From IMG/VR virus record IMGVR_UViG_3300036761_000818: DNA of 64,000 bases; one strand, given 5' to 3'. Origin of the DNA: an uncultured virus (IMG/VR IMGVR_UViG_3300036761_000818) (lineage: Duplodnaviria > Heunggongvirae > Uroviricota > Caudoviricetes). Below are positions 9,395 through 18,552 of the stretch, piece by piece. The notes under the pieces were generated by a model. The model searched no databases and had not been told where the DNA came from. It worked only from the letters and a program-made list of their open reading frames with translations. Position 1 is the first letter of the stretch. The number at the start of each line of letters is the position of its first letter. A program made the translations under genes and the position numbers.

Positions 9395-10273
9395 TTACCC
9401 GACAGGCATACGCAGACGCCGACCGTGCATCGTGAAGAAGATGCGATTCGTACCGGCGTTGGCGAGATCGTTGATGAGGACGCGGACGGACCGACGCGGC
9501 TGCAAGAGCGGCGACCCGAGCGTGCGCGCAGGTAGCCCGCCCGGACCTGTGATCATCCGCGAATCCACGAACGCCGTCCCGCCAGCGCCGTACGTGAGCG
9601 GCTTGCCCGACTGGCCGTCGAAGATCGCGATCTCGAAGATGCCCGTGCTCTCGGCGAGGAGCGCTTCGGCGACGAAGTGCGACCCCGACGGAACCGTCAT
9701 GAAGAACTCGTTGTTGGTCGATCCCGATCCGATCACAGCGATCGTGGTGTCGAGCGTCAGCCAGAACGGGCGCGTCGGACGGTTCGCGAGGAACTGCGAC
9801 CGACGCTCTCGGACAGCGGGGCTCATCTCGTGGTTGAACCGACGGCCGACGAGCGCCATGCGAACAGAACTCGCCAGCGCGGCCGACAGGTTCGTGATCG
9901 CAACCTGGACGAACTTCCCCGCGAGGAAGAACGCCGTCTCGGCGAACACGACGGGGAGCCCGCCAAGGCCGAGGATCAGGTTGTGGTGGATCGGGGCGTT
10001 CATGAAGGCGTTGGCCTCGATCCCGACCTCGGAGAACTGAACGAGGAAAGGAGCCGTGCCGAAGCCTACAAGGCCAGCGGACTCGAAGTCGCCAGCGTGA
10101 CCGGCGTCCTCGGGGATGCTGAACCCCGAAGGCGACTGGAGCGCCGGTGGAACGACGAGCGGGTAGTTGTCGAGCCGGAGGACGAAGAAGTTCTCGCCGA
10201 GCTTCTCCTTATTGATGAAGCGCCGCCCGAACTTGTCGGCGACGACGAGCGGGGCGTCATATGTTTCCGGCAT
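9395..10273 (-). CDS. Putative capsid protein with two tandem homologous beta (jelly-roll-like) domains, 292 aa
   Basis: Halves align by eye: FFVLRLD/FWLTLD, LILGLGGLP/MITGPGGLP, VQVAITNL/VRVLINDL, MALVGRRF/FTMHGRRL. Confidence 0.6.
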   Translation of the reverse strand: MPETYDAPLVVADKFGRRFINKEKLGENFFVLRLDNYPLVVPPALQSPSGFSIPEDAGHAGDFESAGLVGFGTAPFLVQFSEVGIEANAFMNAPIHHNLILGLGGLPVVFAETAFFLAGKFVQVAITNLSAALASSVRMALVGRRFNHEMSPAVRERRSQFLANRPTRPFWLTLDTTIAVIGSGSTNNEFFMTVPSGSHFVAEALLAESTGIFEIAIFDGQSGKPLTYGAGGTAFVDSRMITGPGGLPARTLGSPLLQPRRSVRVLINDLANAGTNRIFFTMHGRRLRMPVG

Positions 10274-10301
10274 CTCGTTCCTCTCATCCTTGAAGGGACC
10301 G

Positions 10302-10333
10302 GAGGGAGGCCGGGCGCGTACCCGGCCTCCCTC
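10302..10333. other. 13-bp stem-loop downstream of candidate major capsid gene
   Basis: GAGGGAGGCCGGG-cgcgta-CCCGGCCTCCCTC; no clear U-tract. Confidence 0.7.
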
Positions 10334-10352
10334 TAACCTTCGGTTCCCTGGC

Positions 10353-11003
10353 TTACTGCCGGAGCGACTTCAGCCGGATGCCTTCGAGGCGCATGGTGAT
10401 GTGCGTCTCCAGGGCGAGCGTGAGCGTCTGCGGCGTGAAGTTCAGGTTGATGCGGAAGTCCTCCTGCTGATCGAGGACGTAGGGATCGCCCGCGATCGTG
10501 AGATCGAACATCCCCTCACCGGAGATGTCCAGCGTGAGGATGAACACCGCCGCCGAATCGACGAACGGCGTCCGCGGCGCGTGGACCGGCACGTCGCGGC
10601 CCTGGCAGCGGATGAACTCGTCGGCGCCGAGGTTGATCGCCACGTCGGCGATGCCCCACAGGCGGCGCCACTGGTCGAAGATGACCGCGCCCGCGGCCGA
10701 GTTGATGACCTGGTTTCCCGCGTCGATCTTCGCCGTGAGGCCGTAGGCGTAGAGGCGCTCGCCCTTCGCCATGCCGCCGTTGCGGCTCGTGATGTTCGTG
10801 TCGCGGCCGTAAATCTTCTGCGTGAGCACCGCGAGCACCTGACCGAACTGCGTCGAGTTCTGGAAGTACACCAACTGCGACGGGATGACCGCCGCCGTGT
10901 TGATGCCTTCCATGTCGTACGCCCCGACCTTGCGGGGAACTGCCTGATGCCGCTGGCCATCGATGTCGATGCCCTGCGGGAGATTGTAAGGGCCGGTTGC
11001 CAT
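10353..11003 (-). CDS. Putative major capsid protein, single jelly-roll-like, 216 aa
   Basis: AAGGAG RBS, flanked by hairpins, beta-rich (YD..LVYF..RDTN..G..LYAYGL..FRINLNF..ITMRLEG); fold inferred. Confidence 0.55.
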   Translation of the reverse strand: MATGPYNLPQGIDIDGQRHQAVPRKVGAYDMEGINTAAVIPSQLVYFQNSTQFGQVLAVLTQKIYGRDTNITSRNGGMAKGERLYAYGLTAKIDAGNQVINSAAGAVIFDQWRRLWGIADVAINLGADEFIRCQGRDVPVHAPRTPFVDSAAVFILTLDISGEGMFDLTIAGDPYVLDQQEDFRINLNFTPQTLTLALETHITMRLEGIRLKSLRQ

Positions 11004-11032
11004 GTGACGATCTCCTTCAACGAATCCCTTGA

Positions 11033-11059
11033 GGGGCGCCCGGACCTCCCGGGCGCCCC
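11033..11059. other. 11-bp stem-loop upstream of candidate major capsid gene
   Basis: GGGGCGCCCGG-acctc-CCGGGCGCCCC. Confidence 0.7.
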
Positions 11060-11074
11060 GTCATGAACTTCCCG

Positions 11075-12454
11075 CTACGGGAGCGGAGCACCCTTGAACG
11101 ACTCCCCGCCCGCCCTCATGCCGCCGCCGAGGCGACCGAGGCGACCGAGGCCCGCCATCGCGCGGTGGGGAGAGGCGACGCTCCGCGCACCGGGAGGCGG
11201 CTCCAGGTAGCCGCGGAGGTTGCCGACGCCCGTCACGCTGCCCGGCCCGCCGTAGGGCTCCAGGAAGCCCGCCATGGGAGCCGACCACCGGAGGGCGCGC
11301 GGGGCGAACTGCGCGACGAGCCGGAGGCCGACGACCACAACGCCACCCGCAGCGATCGGGACGGCGAGAGCGGGCATGAACATCGAGGCGACAGCCGCCC
11401 CGAGCGCCGCCGTGAGGAGCGAGAGCCCGACGCCCATCCAGCCGACGTTCCACGTCGGCAGGAGGGACGGCGCGCCGGTCGCGACGACCGCGCCCGCGAG
11501 GACCGCGAGGCCCTCCTGGACCGTCTTGAGGCTCGCGACGCTCTTGAAGTTGGCGAGGAGCCCCGAGAGCCCGACGTTCCGGCGGAAGTTCTTCTTGTGG
11601 CCCCGGTTGCCGTGCCAGCGCTTCCTGGCCATGGCGCGAGCGCGGGACGAAGAGAGCCCCTTGCCCTTCCGGCCCTTCTTGCGGTTGTACATGGTGTAGA
11701 AGGCGTTCTTCTTCGCCTTCTTCTTCTTCTTGCTGCTCTTCTGGCCCTTGGCGGCAGCGGAACGCGCCGCTTGCTTGGCCCGGATGGCAGCGGACTTCCG
11801 GTAGGACACGGAGGCGCGGGTCGTCACCGCGCTCTCCGGCCCCTTCGGCAGCGACGGGCGGAACCTCGCCCCGGACAGCGGGCGCCCGCTCTTGTTCCGG
11901 CGCGTGGACTTGTGGCCCTTCCGCCATGCAGCGCCGATCTGCTTCGCGCTCTGCCCTGCCTTCCTGCGAGACTTGAAGAATGCGCGGTACGCGCGCTGCT
12001 TCGCGGTTGTGGCCATCGACTTCCTTCCTCCCTTGGCTTTCGCGGTACGACCGCGGCTACGAGAACTCGCCGAAGCAACGCGCTTCGACTTTCGACGGTT
12101 CAGCGCCGTCGTGATCGTGTTCCGCTTGACAGACGACCGACGGTTCAGCGCCGTTGTGACGGCACCGAGCGCCGTCGTGACCGCATTGAATGCGGTCGTG
12201 ACGTTGCCCTTCGATCGCTTCCCGCCCTTGCGGTTGAGGGCCGTCGTGATGACGTTACGACTGCCCTTCTTCTTCTTCTTCCCCCGATTCAGCGCCGTCG
12301 AGACGCCGGGGTAGATCGGGACAACCTTCATCGCCTCGCTCCTTCCACGCACGTTGTTGGATGACGCGCCTTCAGGGAGCGTCACCGGCCGCATGGCCGG
12401 GACGTGCCGTGATCCCGCGTGCTTCGGGTTCTCCACGACGACGTAGCGCTTCAC
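11075..12454 (-). CDS. Highly basic putative DNA-condensing core protein with C-terminal membrane helices, 459 aa
   Basis: K/R-rich for ~290 aa, repeated TTALN motif, then about three hydrophobic segments. Confidence 0.7.
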   Translation of the reverse strand: MKRYVVVENPKHAGSRHVPAMRPVTLPEGASSNNVRGRSEAMKVVPIYPGVSTALNRGKKKKKGSRNVITTALNRKGGKRSKGNVTTAFNAVTTALGAVTTALNRRSSVKRNTITTALNRRKSKRVASASSRSRGRTAKAKGGRKSMATTAKQRAYRAFFKSRRKAGQSAKQIGAAWRKGHKSTRRNKSGRPLSGARFRPSLPKGPESAVTTRASVSYRKSAAIRAKQAARSAAAKGQKSSKKKKKAKKNAFYTMYNRKKGRKGKGLSSSRARAMARKRWHGNRGHKKNFRRNVGLSGLLANFKSVASLKTVQEGLAVLAGAVVATGAPSLLPTWNVGWMGVGLSLLTAALGAAVASMFMPALAVPIAAGGVVVVGLRLVAQFAPRALRWSAPMAGFLEPYGGPGSVTGVGNLRGYLEPPPGARSVASPHRAMAGLGRLGRLGGGMRAGGESFKGAPLP

Positions 12455-12457
12455 GGC

Positions 12458-13063
12458 CTATCTCCTGATCCAATCCCGGTGCTCATATGACCCGCCCAAC
12501 TGGCTCTGAACGCCGGTGTCCACATCCACCGCATGGATCGGAGGCTTGCCCCCGTCCTCTCGATGCGAGTGAATCCACTGCGTCCCTGCCTTGTTCGATC
12601 GGTCTTTTGACCCGACCGTGTAGACGGTTCCAATCTTGATCGGCTTGATCCTGACTTCGTTCCCCTTCGCGTCCTCAACGGTGTCGATCTCGATCTCTGC
12701 CGTGCCGACCTTGAACATGAGCCGCACATCGTCCAGGTCAAGTCCGTCATCATACTCGAAGACCCGCACACGCGAAGGGGGAGAACCATGAAACTCTGTG
12801 TACCTCTTGATGGCCTTCTCGATTCCGGGCACGTCGGACACTTCGTCGAGCGAAAGCGTGTACTCCTTGTAGCGCTTGCCGCGGTTCTTAGCGGCTGTCT
12901 TGCCTCCGGCAACCCGGCGCAGAAGCTCCTTTTTCCTCTCGGAAAGCTCATGCGAACCAGCGTTCCCGCACGGACTGTTCACGGCGCCGATCGTCATGAG
13001 GACGCCGTTGGTCGCAACGCGCCTCGGACGACCCTGCTTGTCAGCGACGAGAACAGTCCTCAC
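12458..13063 (-). CDS. Putative virion protein with YTEFHG and WIHSHRE motifs, 201 aa
   Basis: GTG start overlapping the upstream TGA (GTGA); globular-looking C-terminal half. Confidence 0.65.
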   Translation of the reverse strand: MRTVLVADKQGRPRRVATNGVLMTIGAVNSPCGNAGSHELSERKKELLRRVAGGKTAAKNRGKRYKEYTLSLDEVSDVPGIEKAIKRYTEFHGSPPSRVRVFEYDDGLDLDDVRLMFKVGTAEIEIDTVEDAKGNEVRIKPIKIGTVYTVGSKDRSNKAGTQWIHSHREDGGKPPIHAVDVDTGVQSQLGGSYEHRDWIRR

Positions 13064-14052
13064 TTGCTGCGACTCCTCCGGTTCTTCCGCCAGTTCTTCC
13101 CGACCGCGAGTGACGTGAGCTTCCCCGCTCCCTTCGCGAGCCCGAGGACGGGCGACAGGTACGTGTAGGCGACGAACCCGATGACGCCCACGCCAGCGAG
13201 CTTCGCCCACCACGGGATGAGGCTCCAGCCGAACGCCGCGATCTTGCCCGCGCCCTCCTTGACCTGTTCGCCCGCGTGGAGGCCCTTCGCGATGAGCGCT
13301 GCGTCGCCGCCGCCCGCTTCCGCCGCTGCCTGTTCGATCGCTTCGCGGTTGAACCCCGTCGCGCCAGCCGTGAACGCGCCGGTCGCGATGATTCCGGTCC
13401 CGACGCTGCTCATCGCGACGCGCTGGAAGAGCGACGGCTGATCGCGCGCGATCTCGGCCTCGATCTGTTTCTTGCGCGCCTCCGATGCCATCGCGTACTC
13501 GGACCACTGCGCTTCGTTCTTCCCGCCGTGCGTCAACTGGAACTGGCTCACGTCGCCGCTCATGACGTACCCGGCGAGCGTCCGCGCGAGCGCGACGTTA
13601 CGCTGCGCGCTCACAACGTCCTCGTCGGGGTACTCCTCTGCGTGTGCGAGGACCGCGAGGCTCTGCCTCGCGAACTCGTTGACGTAGGTGAGAAGGAAGT
13701 CTCGCGCGTCAGGATCAACGACGCGCCCGGCGAGCGCATTGGCGTCGGTGAAGTCGCCATCCCGCTTGTTCCCGGTGGCGAGGTCGATCTCCTGAAGCGA
13801 TGAGCGTGCCGCCGCCATCGCGGCGTCCTCGACGCCGCCGAGCGGTGCGCCGAGCATTCCGAGCCCGGAGAGCCGAAGCGCGTTCCGGCCGTACCCCCAC
13901 GGAGGGTAGTTCCAGCCGATCGTCGGTAGCTCGATGGTCGTCGTGTCGCGAGCGAGAAGCCCGAAGCCCTGCGGTTCGTTGCCGGGCATGTCGTAGCGCG
14001 ACAGGCTGAACCCTGGTGCTTGGCGACCGGCGAGTCCGAGGTATCCACCCAT
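13060..14052 (-). CDS. Putative virion membrane protein with C-terminal TM anchor, 330 aa
   Basis: IPWWAKLAGVGVIGFVAYTYL followed by a basic tail; LRLSGLGML motif. Confidence 0.75.
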   Translation of the reverse strand: MGGYLGLAGRQAPGFSLSRYDMPGNEPQGFGLLARDTTTIELPTIGWNYPPWGYGRNALRLSGLGMLGAPLGGVEDAAMAAARSSLQEIDLATGNKRDGDFTDANALAGRVVDPDARDFLLTYVNEFARQSLAVLAHAEEYPDEDVVSAQRNVALARTLAGYVMSGDVSQFQLTHGGKNEAQWSEYAMASEARKKQIEAEIARDQPSLFQRVAMSSVGTGIIATGAFTAGATGFNREAIEQAAAEAGGGDAALIAKGLHAGEQVKEGAGKIAAFGWSLIPWWAKLAGVGVIGFVAYTYLSPVLGLAKGAGKLTSLAVGKNWRKNRRSRSK

Positions 14053-14058
14053 CTCGGT

Positions 14059-14697
14059 CTATCTCCCCTTCGTCGCAAACCAGAGGAGGCCACCGCCGAC
14101 AGCGACTCCGGCGACAACCACCCACGGCTTCTTCCACCACGGCGTCATCTCCGCGATGGCCGCTTCGTTCCTTGCCGCGTCCTGCACGGCCTTCTGCGTG
14201 GCCGTCTGGAGCGTTGCCGCAGCCGCGTTCGGCTTCGTGCCGACGCCGAACGCCTGGAGCGTCGCGACGGCACCGCGGACGCCGCCGCCGCCAGCTTCGT
14301 ACGCCTGATAGGCGCCGGGGAGCTTCTCCACGATCGTCGGCACTTGCTGGAGCCCCGTCGAGAGCACGTCGAACCACTCCAGCCCGCGGGGCGCTTCCTG
14401 CGGTCGCGTCTGCGATTCGGGAGGGATCACGACCTCGGCGAGCATACCGAGCCCGGAGAGCCGAAGCGCCGTGTTGCGCGGCGGGGTGTCGAGCCACTCG
14501 CCCATCCCGTACATGCTGCCGTGGGGGCGCTTCGTGTCGAGCCACTCGCCCAACCCGTACAGGGTGCCGTGAGGGCGCCTCGTGTCGAGCCACTCGCCCA
14601 TTCCGTACATGCTGCCTGGGCGGCGGCGCGTGTCAAGCCACTCGCCCATTCCGTACAGCGTTGAAGGAAGGGTCGCTGCTGCTCCGTAGCCTCTCAT
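14059..14697 (-). CDS. Putative virion membrane protein with N-terminal 16-aa repeats and C-terminal TM anchor, 212 aa
   Basis: 4x YG(M/L)GEWLDT; ends PWWKKPWVVVAGVAVGGGLLWFATKGR. Confidence 0.8.
   Translation of the reverse strand: MRGYGAAATLPSTLYGMGEWLDTRRRPGSMYGMGEWLDTRRPHGTLYGLGEWLDTKRPHGSMYGMGEWLDTPPRNTALRLSGLGMLAEVVIPPESQTRPQEAPRGLEWFDVLSTGLQQVPTIVEKLPGAYQAYEAGGGGVRGAVATLQAFGVGTKPNAAAATLQTATQKAVQDAARNEAAIAEMTPWWKKPWVVVAGVAVGGGLLWFATKGR
14486..14657. repeat. Coding tandem repeat, 48-bp period, four copies of the core
   Basis: GTGTC(G/A)AGCCACTCGCCCA starts at 14486, 14534, 14582 and 14630. Confidence 0.9.
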
Positions 14698-14706
14698 CTC
14701 GCTCTC

Positions 14707-16509
14707 CTACGTCTTGACCATTGTTCGTGTCGTCAGTCGAGGCGCTACGACCGGCTTGCGAACGTAGTGGCGCACGAGCGGCTGATCCGGCGCTGGCGCC
14801 GTTTCCGCGAGGATGTCCACAATCTCCACGCAGCACGGAGCCAACCGTGCCGCCACAACGCTTCCTCCGAAGTTCAACACGTCGCTGATGGGAGGAGGTG
14901 ACGGCGCCGCGCCGGGCTCGATGAGGATTGCCTGGATTCCTGGGTCGAGGAAGCGGCGATCGAGGCTCCACGCACTCAGGTCCGCTCCGGTGAGTCCAAG
15001 AGCCTGTTCGACGGTCGCAACCTCGATCTCCGGCACGCCGCCAAGGTCCGCGATCTCCTTTCGGAGCGCTTCAAGCTCGACTTCGAGCGCGTGAAGTTCG
15101 ACGAGACGCCTCTGCTCTTCAACGGCTCGCCGCTCGGCCACCTGCCGCTCGACGATGCGTGTCGTCTCCCTCATCATCTGGAGTTGGAGTAGCGTCGTCG
15201 CCGCCGACATCGCGAGCTTCGCAGCCTCGATCGCTGCGACGATGATCGCCCCCGCGCCGAACGTGACGATCGTGATGACGACGGCCTGAACGACCTCGAA
15301 GACGGCGCGGGCGATGATGACCCATCCCGTGTTCGCGTACTTCGCCTGGATCATCGCGATCTCAAGCCGGAGCCCATCTCGCTTCTCGCGGGAGGTCTGC
15401 GCCTGGATCGTTAGCTCGGTGAGGGCGAGCGTCGGGAGCGTCTGGAAGATGTCGAGCTTGTTCATCGCCTTCACGGTTTCGCCGAGGAAGGCGTTAGTCT
15501 CGTCGGGGAACACGTAGGCGTAGAACGCAGGGCTCGTCGCCGCTCCCCATGCAAGGGACATGAACGCGCTGCCGTACGAAGCGATGAAGGCGTCCATCGC
15601 GGCGAGCACGATCGCGAGCGGCGGGAACACGAACGAAACGATCGCCACGAGAATCTCGATCGCAGCGACGCGCGCGATCCCGCGAGCCACCGTGTTGATC
15701 CACCATTCCTGGGAGCCGAGGTTGCGGCCCGTGCGGGCGATCTCGGCCTGTGCGCGGTTCCCGAACCGCTTGAGTTCTTCCCACACGTCGTTGAGGCTCA
15801 CGACCAGCGTCCAGCCGAGGGAGTAGCTGAGTACCTGCGCCGTGTCGCGATACCACTGCGGATCGGTGAGGTGGGCGACCGCTCGCTGCGCTTCAGCGGA
15901 CGAGCGCTGCATCGTCCGCTCGACCTCCGCAAACGTCCGGTCGAATCCTCGCTCGACTTCGCTGAACGCCGCCTGGAGCCTGTCCTGCCAGAACCCCGCG
16001 TCGGCGATATGATCGAACGTCCGCTCGATCTCGTCTCCAACTCGATTCCCTACGCGCTCGGCCTCGGTCCATGTGCGCTTCCAGGTGCGGATCGTCTCGT
16101 TGTAGATGGAATCCACAACGCGCCCGACCGTATCGTTCCACACGTTGCTGATGCCGCCGCCGACATCGCTGAAGAAGCTGCTCGCCCACGAACCGAGTCC
16201 AGGGCCTCGCCGGGCGAACCCGATGACCTCGCCGCTCTCGTTCAAGACGAGCGTCCGGTAGCCGCTGGCCGCGCTCCGGCGGTAGCCCGTCATCGATCCG
16301 AGTCCACGGACGGATGGCGCGAAGACCGGCCTGATGCCCATCTGGTTGAGGCGCTCCGACGGCCCGACCGCAGCCGCAATCGCCTGAATCTCGGGCGGCA
16401 TCGTCCGCATCATCGCCTCGAAGAGCGAGTAGCGAATGAGCGACCTGAACTCGCGCTCGGTGAAGCTCGCTTCGTCGATCTCGGGCAGGATGTCGGCCTG
16501 ATTGCTCAC
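14707..16509 (-). CDS. Large helical multi-TM putative virion/entry protein, 600 aa
   Basis: Amphipathic helical tract, several hydrophobic segments, C-terminal coiled coil. Confidence 0.75.
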   Translation of the reverse strand: MSNQADILPEIDEASFTEREFRSLIRYSLFEAMMRTMPPEIQAIAAAVGPSERLNQMGIRPVFAPSVRGLGSMTGYRRSAASGYRTLVLNESGEVIGFARRGPGLGSWASSFFSDVGGGISNVWNDTVGRVVDSIYNETIRTWKRTWTEAERVGNRVGDEIERTFDHIADAGFWQDRLQAAFSEVERGFDRTFAEVERTMQRSSAEAQRAVAHLTDPQWYRDTAQVLSYSLGWTLVVSLNDVWEELKRFGNRAQAEIARTGRNLGSQEWWINTVARGIARVAAIEILVAIVSFVFPPLAIVLAAMDAFIASYGSAFMSLAWGAATSPAFYAYVFPDETNAFLGETVKAMNKLDIFQTLPTLALTELTIQAQTSREKRDGLRLEIAMIQAKYANTGWVIIARAVFEVVQAVVITIVTFGAGAIIVAAIEAAKLAMSAATTLLQLQMMRETTRIVERQVAERRAVEEQRRLVELHALEVELEALRKEIADLGGVPEIEVATVEQALGLTGADLSAWSLDRRFLDPGIQAILIEPGAAPSPPPISDVLNFGGSVVAARLAPCCVEIVDILAETAPAPDQPLVRHYVRKPVVAPRLTTRTMVKT

Positions 16510-17078
16510 CGCTTCGTCAGCCCCGCAAGTCCGATTGGTCCGAGTGCCGCCTTCAACTGGTCACGCTGCGCGTGCGAGCGAGCCCTCTGGTCTTCGAGAT
16601 GCTTCTTCGCAGCTTCAAGCGCCGCGTACGCTCCCTGCTCGTCCTGGAACGCCTTGAGGGCGCTGTCTGCGCCCTGCTGAAGCTCCCGGGACATCGTGAT
16701 GACCTCGGTTTGCTTCTCGGCCGAGTTCGCGTCGGAAGCCTCGGCCATCTCCCTCATTCTCGTGGCGGCGCCCGCCTCCGTCTCGTCGCCCATGATCTGG
16801 TTCATGAGCCGGTTCTTTTCGTCGATCGCGATCTGAGGATTCGTGAAACACTGCCTCTGGTACGACACGTTCTCGCAGCGATCCGTGGTGGTGCATGTGA
16901 ACGACCGCTGCGCCTCGGCGATCTCGGCACGCCTCAAGCCGATGCAGTGCTGCGACACGAGCGGAATCGCGCCCATCCCGCCCGGCCTCGGAACGGCCAG
17001 ATGTTCTCCGACGCTCGCGCGACCGTAGCCGGTCGGCGGCTTCATGGTGTCGGCCATCTGGTCGCTGATGAACGCCAC
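16506..17078 (-). CDS. Hypothetical coiled-coil putative virion protein, 190 aa
   Basis: GTG overlapping the upstream TAG; four Cys then coiled coil. Confidence 0.65.
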   Translation of the reverse strand: MAFISDQMADTMKPPTGYGRASVGEHLAVPRPGGMGAIPLVSQHCIGLRRAEIAEAQRSFTCTTTDRCENVSYQRQCFTNPQIAIDEKNRLMNQIMGDETEAGAATRMREMAEASDANSAEKQTEVITMSRELQQGADSALKAFQDEQGAYAALEAAKKHLEDQRARSHAQRDQLKAALGPIGLAGLTKR

Positions 17079-17476
17079 TACCGGCGCCGCCTCCCCTTGA
17101 AGAACCACAGGAGCCCGCCGCCGACGCCGAGCGCGCCGAGCGCGACGCCCCACATCGGCAGACCGAAGTACCCGCTTGGCGCGACGACCGGGAGTGAGCC
17201 AGGGGCCGCTCCTCCCGTCGGATCGACCCGCTGCGTCGCGAGGAGCGCGATCCGCGCCCTCTCGGCCTCGGCGGCGGCTCTCACCTGGGCGATCTCGGCC
17301 TCGATCCGCCGCTTCTCGTTGTCGAGTTGGTCCTTGCGGTCGTTCATCTGCTCGAAGCCCTGGTAGGCGTTCCAGCCCGCCGAGCCCGCCTGGACAGCGG
17401 TGTTGATGACCGCGAGCGCCGCGTCGAGTTGACCGAGGCGTCCGATGAGGCCCGAGAACCCTGCGTATCCTGACAT
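17078..17476 (-). CDS. Putative virion membrane protein with C-terminal TM anchor, 132 aa
   Basis: Ends MWGVALGALGVGGGLLWFFKGRRRR, similar to the tail of 14059-14697. Confidence 0.8.
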   Translation of the reverse strand: MSGYAGFSGLIGRLGQLDAALAVINTAVQAGSAGWNAYQGFEQMNDRKDQLDNEKRRIEAEIAQVRAAAEAERARIALLATQRVDPTGGAAPGSLPVVAPSGYFGLPMWGVALGALGVGGGLLWFFKGRRRR

Positions 17477-17477
17477 C

Positions 17478-18413
17478 TTACGCCTCCCCCTTCTTGCTCT
17501 TCTTCATGGCGCGGCCGATGAGGAGGCCGACGACGAATCCCGCGGCGAGCTTGATCCAGTCCTCCCTCGACTTCGGCGTGATGAGGTCGAGGAGCCCGCC
17601 TCCCGTCTCGGTGACATCGAACTCCGACGGACCGGCGTAGCCGTACGTCGGGCCGAGCCCGTCGGGGCCTCCTGCGCTTCCGCCCTGCGGCGCGAGCGCC
17701 GAAGCGCCGGGCGAACCGATCTGAACGATGCTCTGACCGCCGTAGGCGACGGCGCTCGACCCTCCAGGGGGTGGGTACGTCTGCATCTTCATCTCCTCGG
17801 GGCAGCAGATGCGCACCGGCAAGCAGCACGGCACTCCGTCTGGCGGCTCACGCGGCGGCTCACGCGGCGGCTCCTGCGGAGGCAACCACGGCGGCTTCAT
17901 GACGGGCGGCTTGCCGTTGGGCGGCAGCTTGGGCGGGTACTTGGGAGGGAACAGCGGAGGGAACAGCGTGACCTCTGGAACCTTGAACTCCGGCGGGTTC
18001 TCATCCCACTTCGGCGGCAACCTGCTCGGAGGGTACTTCGGGAAGAGCGGCTCCAGGGGTAGTTCGAGCCTGATCCCCGCTTGCTTCTCGGCCTCGTACT
18101 TCCGCGTCGGGACGAGAGACGACGCCTCAACCTTGGCGACGAGTTCCGGGTCGATGTAGGGCAGCGCCATGTCGCCGCGCTGCGCATCGTCCTTCTGGAC
18201 GGTGTACTCGGGAGCCTCGTTCTGGTACTCCTCGGAGGGCTCGAACCGGAAGCGGAAGAGGAACTCTTCCTTCGTGAAAAGCTCTCCGCTACCCTCGGGG
18301 TCGCGGTAGATCGCGAGGTCGGAACCGAGCCCCTGCATGGGGCCGATGGCCACCGGCCCCGTCAGGTCGCGCGTCAAGATGATCGGTTGAAAGCGTTGAT
18401 ACTGGCGGGCCAC
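17478..18413 (-). CDS. Pro-rich putative virion membrane protein, 311 aa
   Basis: PLFPKYPP/PLFPPKYPP and EPPR repeats; C-terminal TM plus basic tail; GAGGA RBS before GTG. Confidence 0.75.
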   Translation of the reverse strand: MARQYQRFQPIILTRDLTGPVAIGPMQGLGSDLAIYRDPEGSGELFTKEEFLFRFRFEPSEEYQNEAPEYTVQKDDAQRGDMALPYIDPELVAKVEASSLVPTRKYEAEKQAGIRLELPLEPLFPKYPPSRLPPKWDENPPEFKVPEVTLFPPLFPPKYPPKLPPNGKPPVMKPPWLPPQEPPREPPREPPDGVPCCLPVRICCPEEMKMQTYPPPGGSSAVAYGGQSIVQIGSPGASALAPQGGSAGGPDGLGPTYGYAGPSEFDVTETGGGLLDLITPKSREDWIKLAAGFVVGLLIGRAMKKSKKGEA

Positions 18414-18486
18414 GCAATCCTCGCTTTCCCGTCCGCGTCACACGCATCTTCATGCGCATCGACCGCAACTTACAGGGACGCAAGAG

Positions 18487-18515
18487 ATTGTATAGTTCTG
18501 TGGAGCAGCATTATG
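18487..18515 (-). promoter_or_regulatory. Candidate late promoter (-10 TACAAT, no consensus -35)
   Basis: TACAAT at 18487-18492 in the AT-richer gap ahead of the structural operon. Confidence 0.35.
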
Positions 18516-18552
18516 GAACAGGGAGTGCTTGTTTCGTCGGTTCGGAGTGGCG

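Noticed and set aside
14486..14657. CRISPR array
   Set aside because: The 48-bp units are in-frame coding repeats with similar intervening sequence; no cas genes
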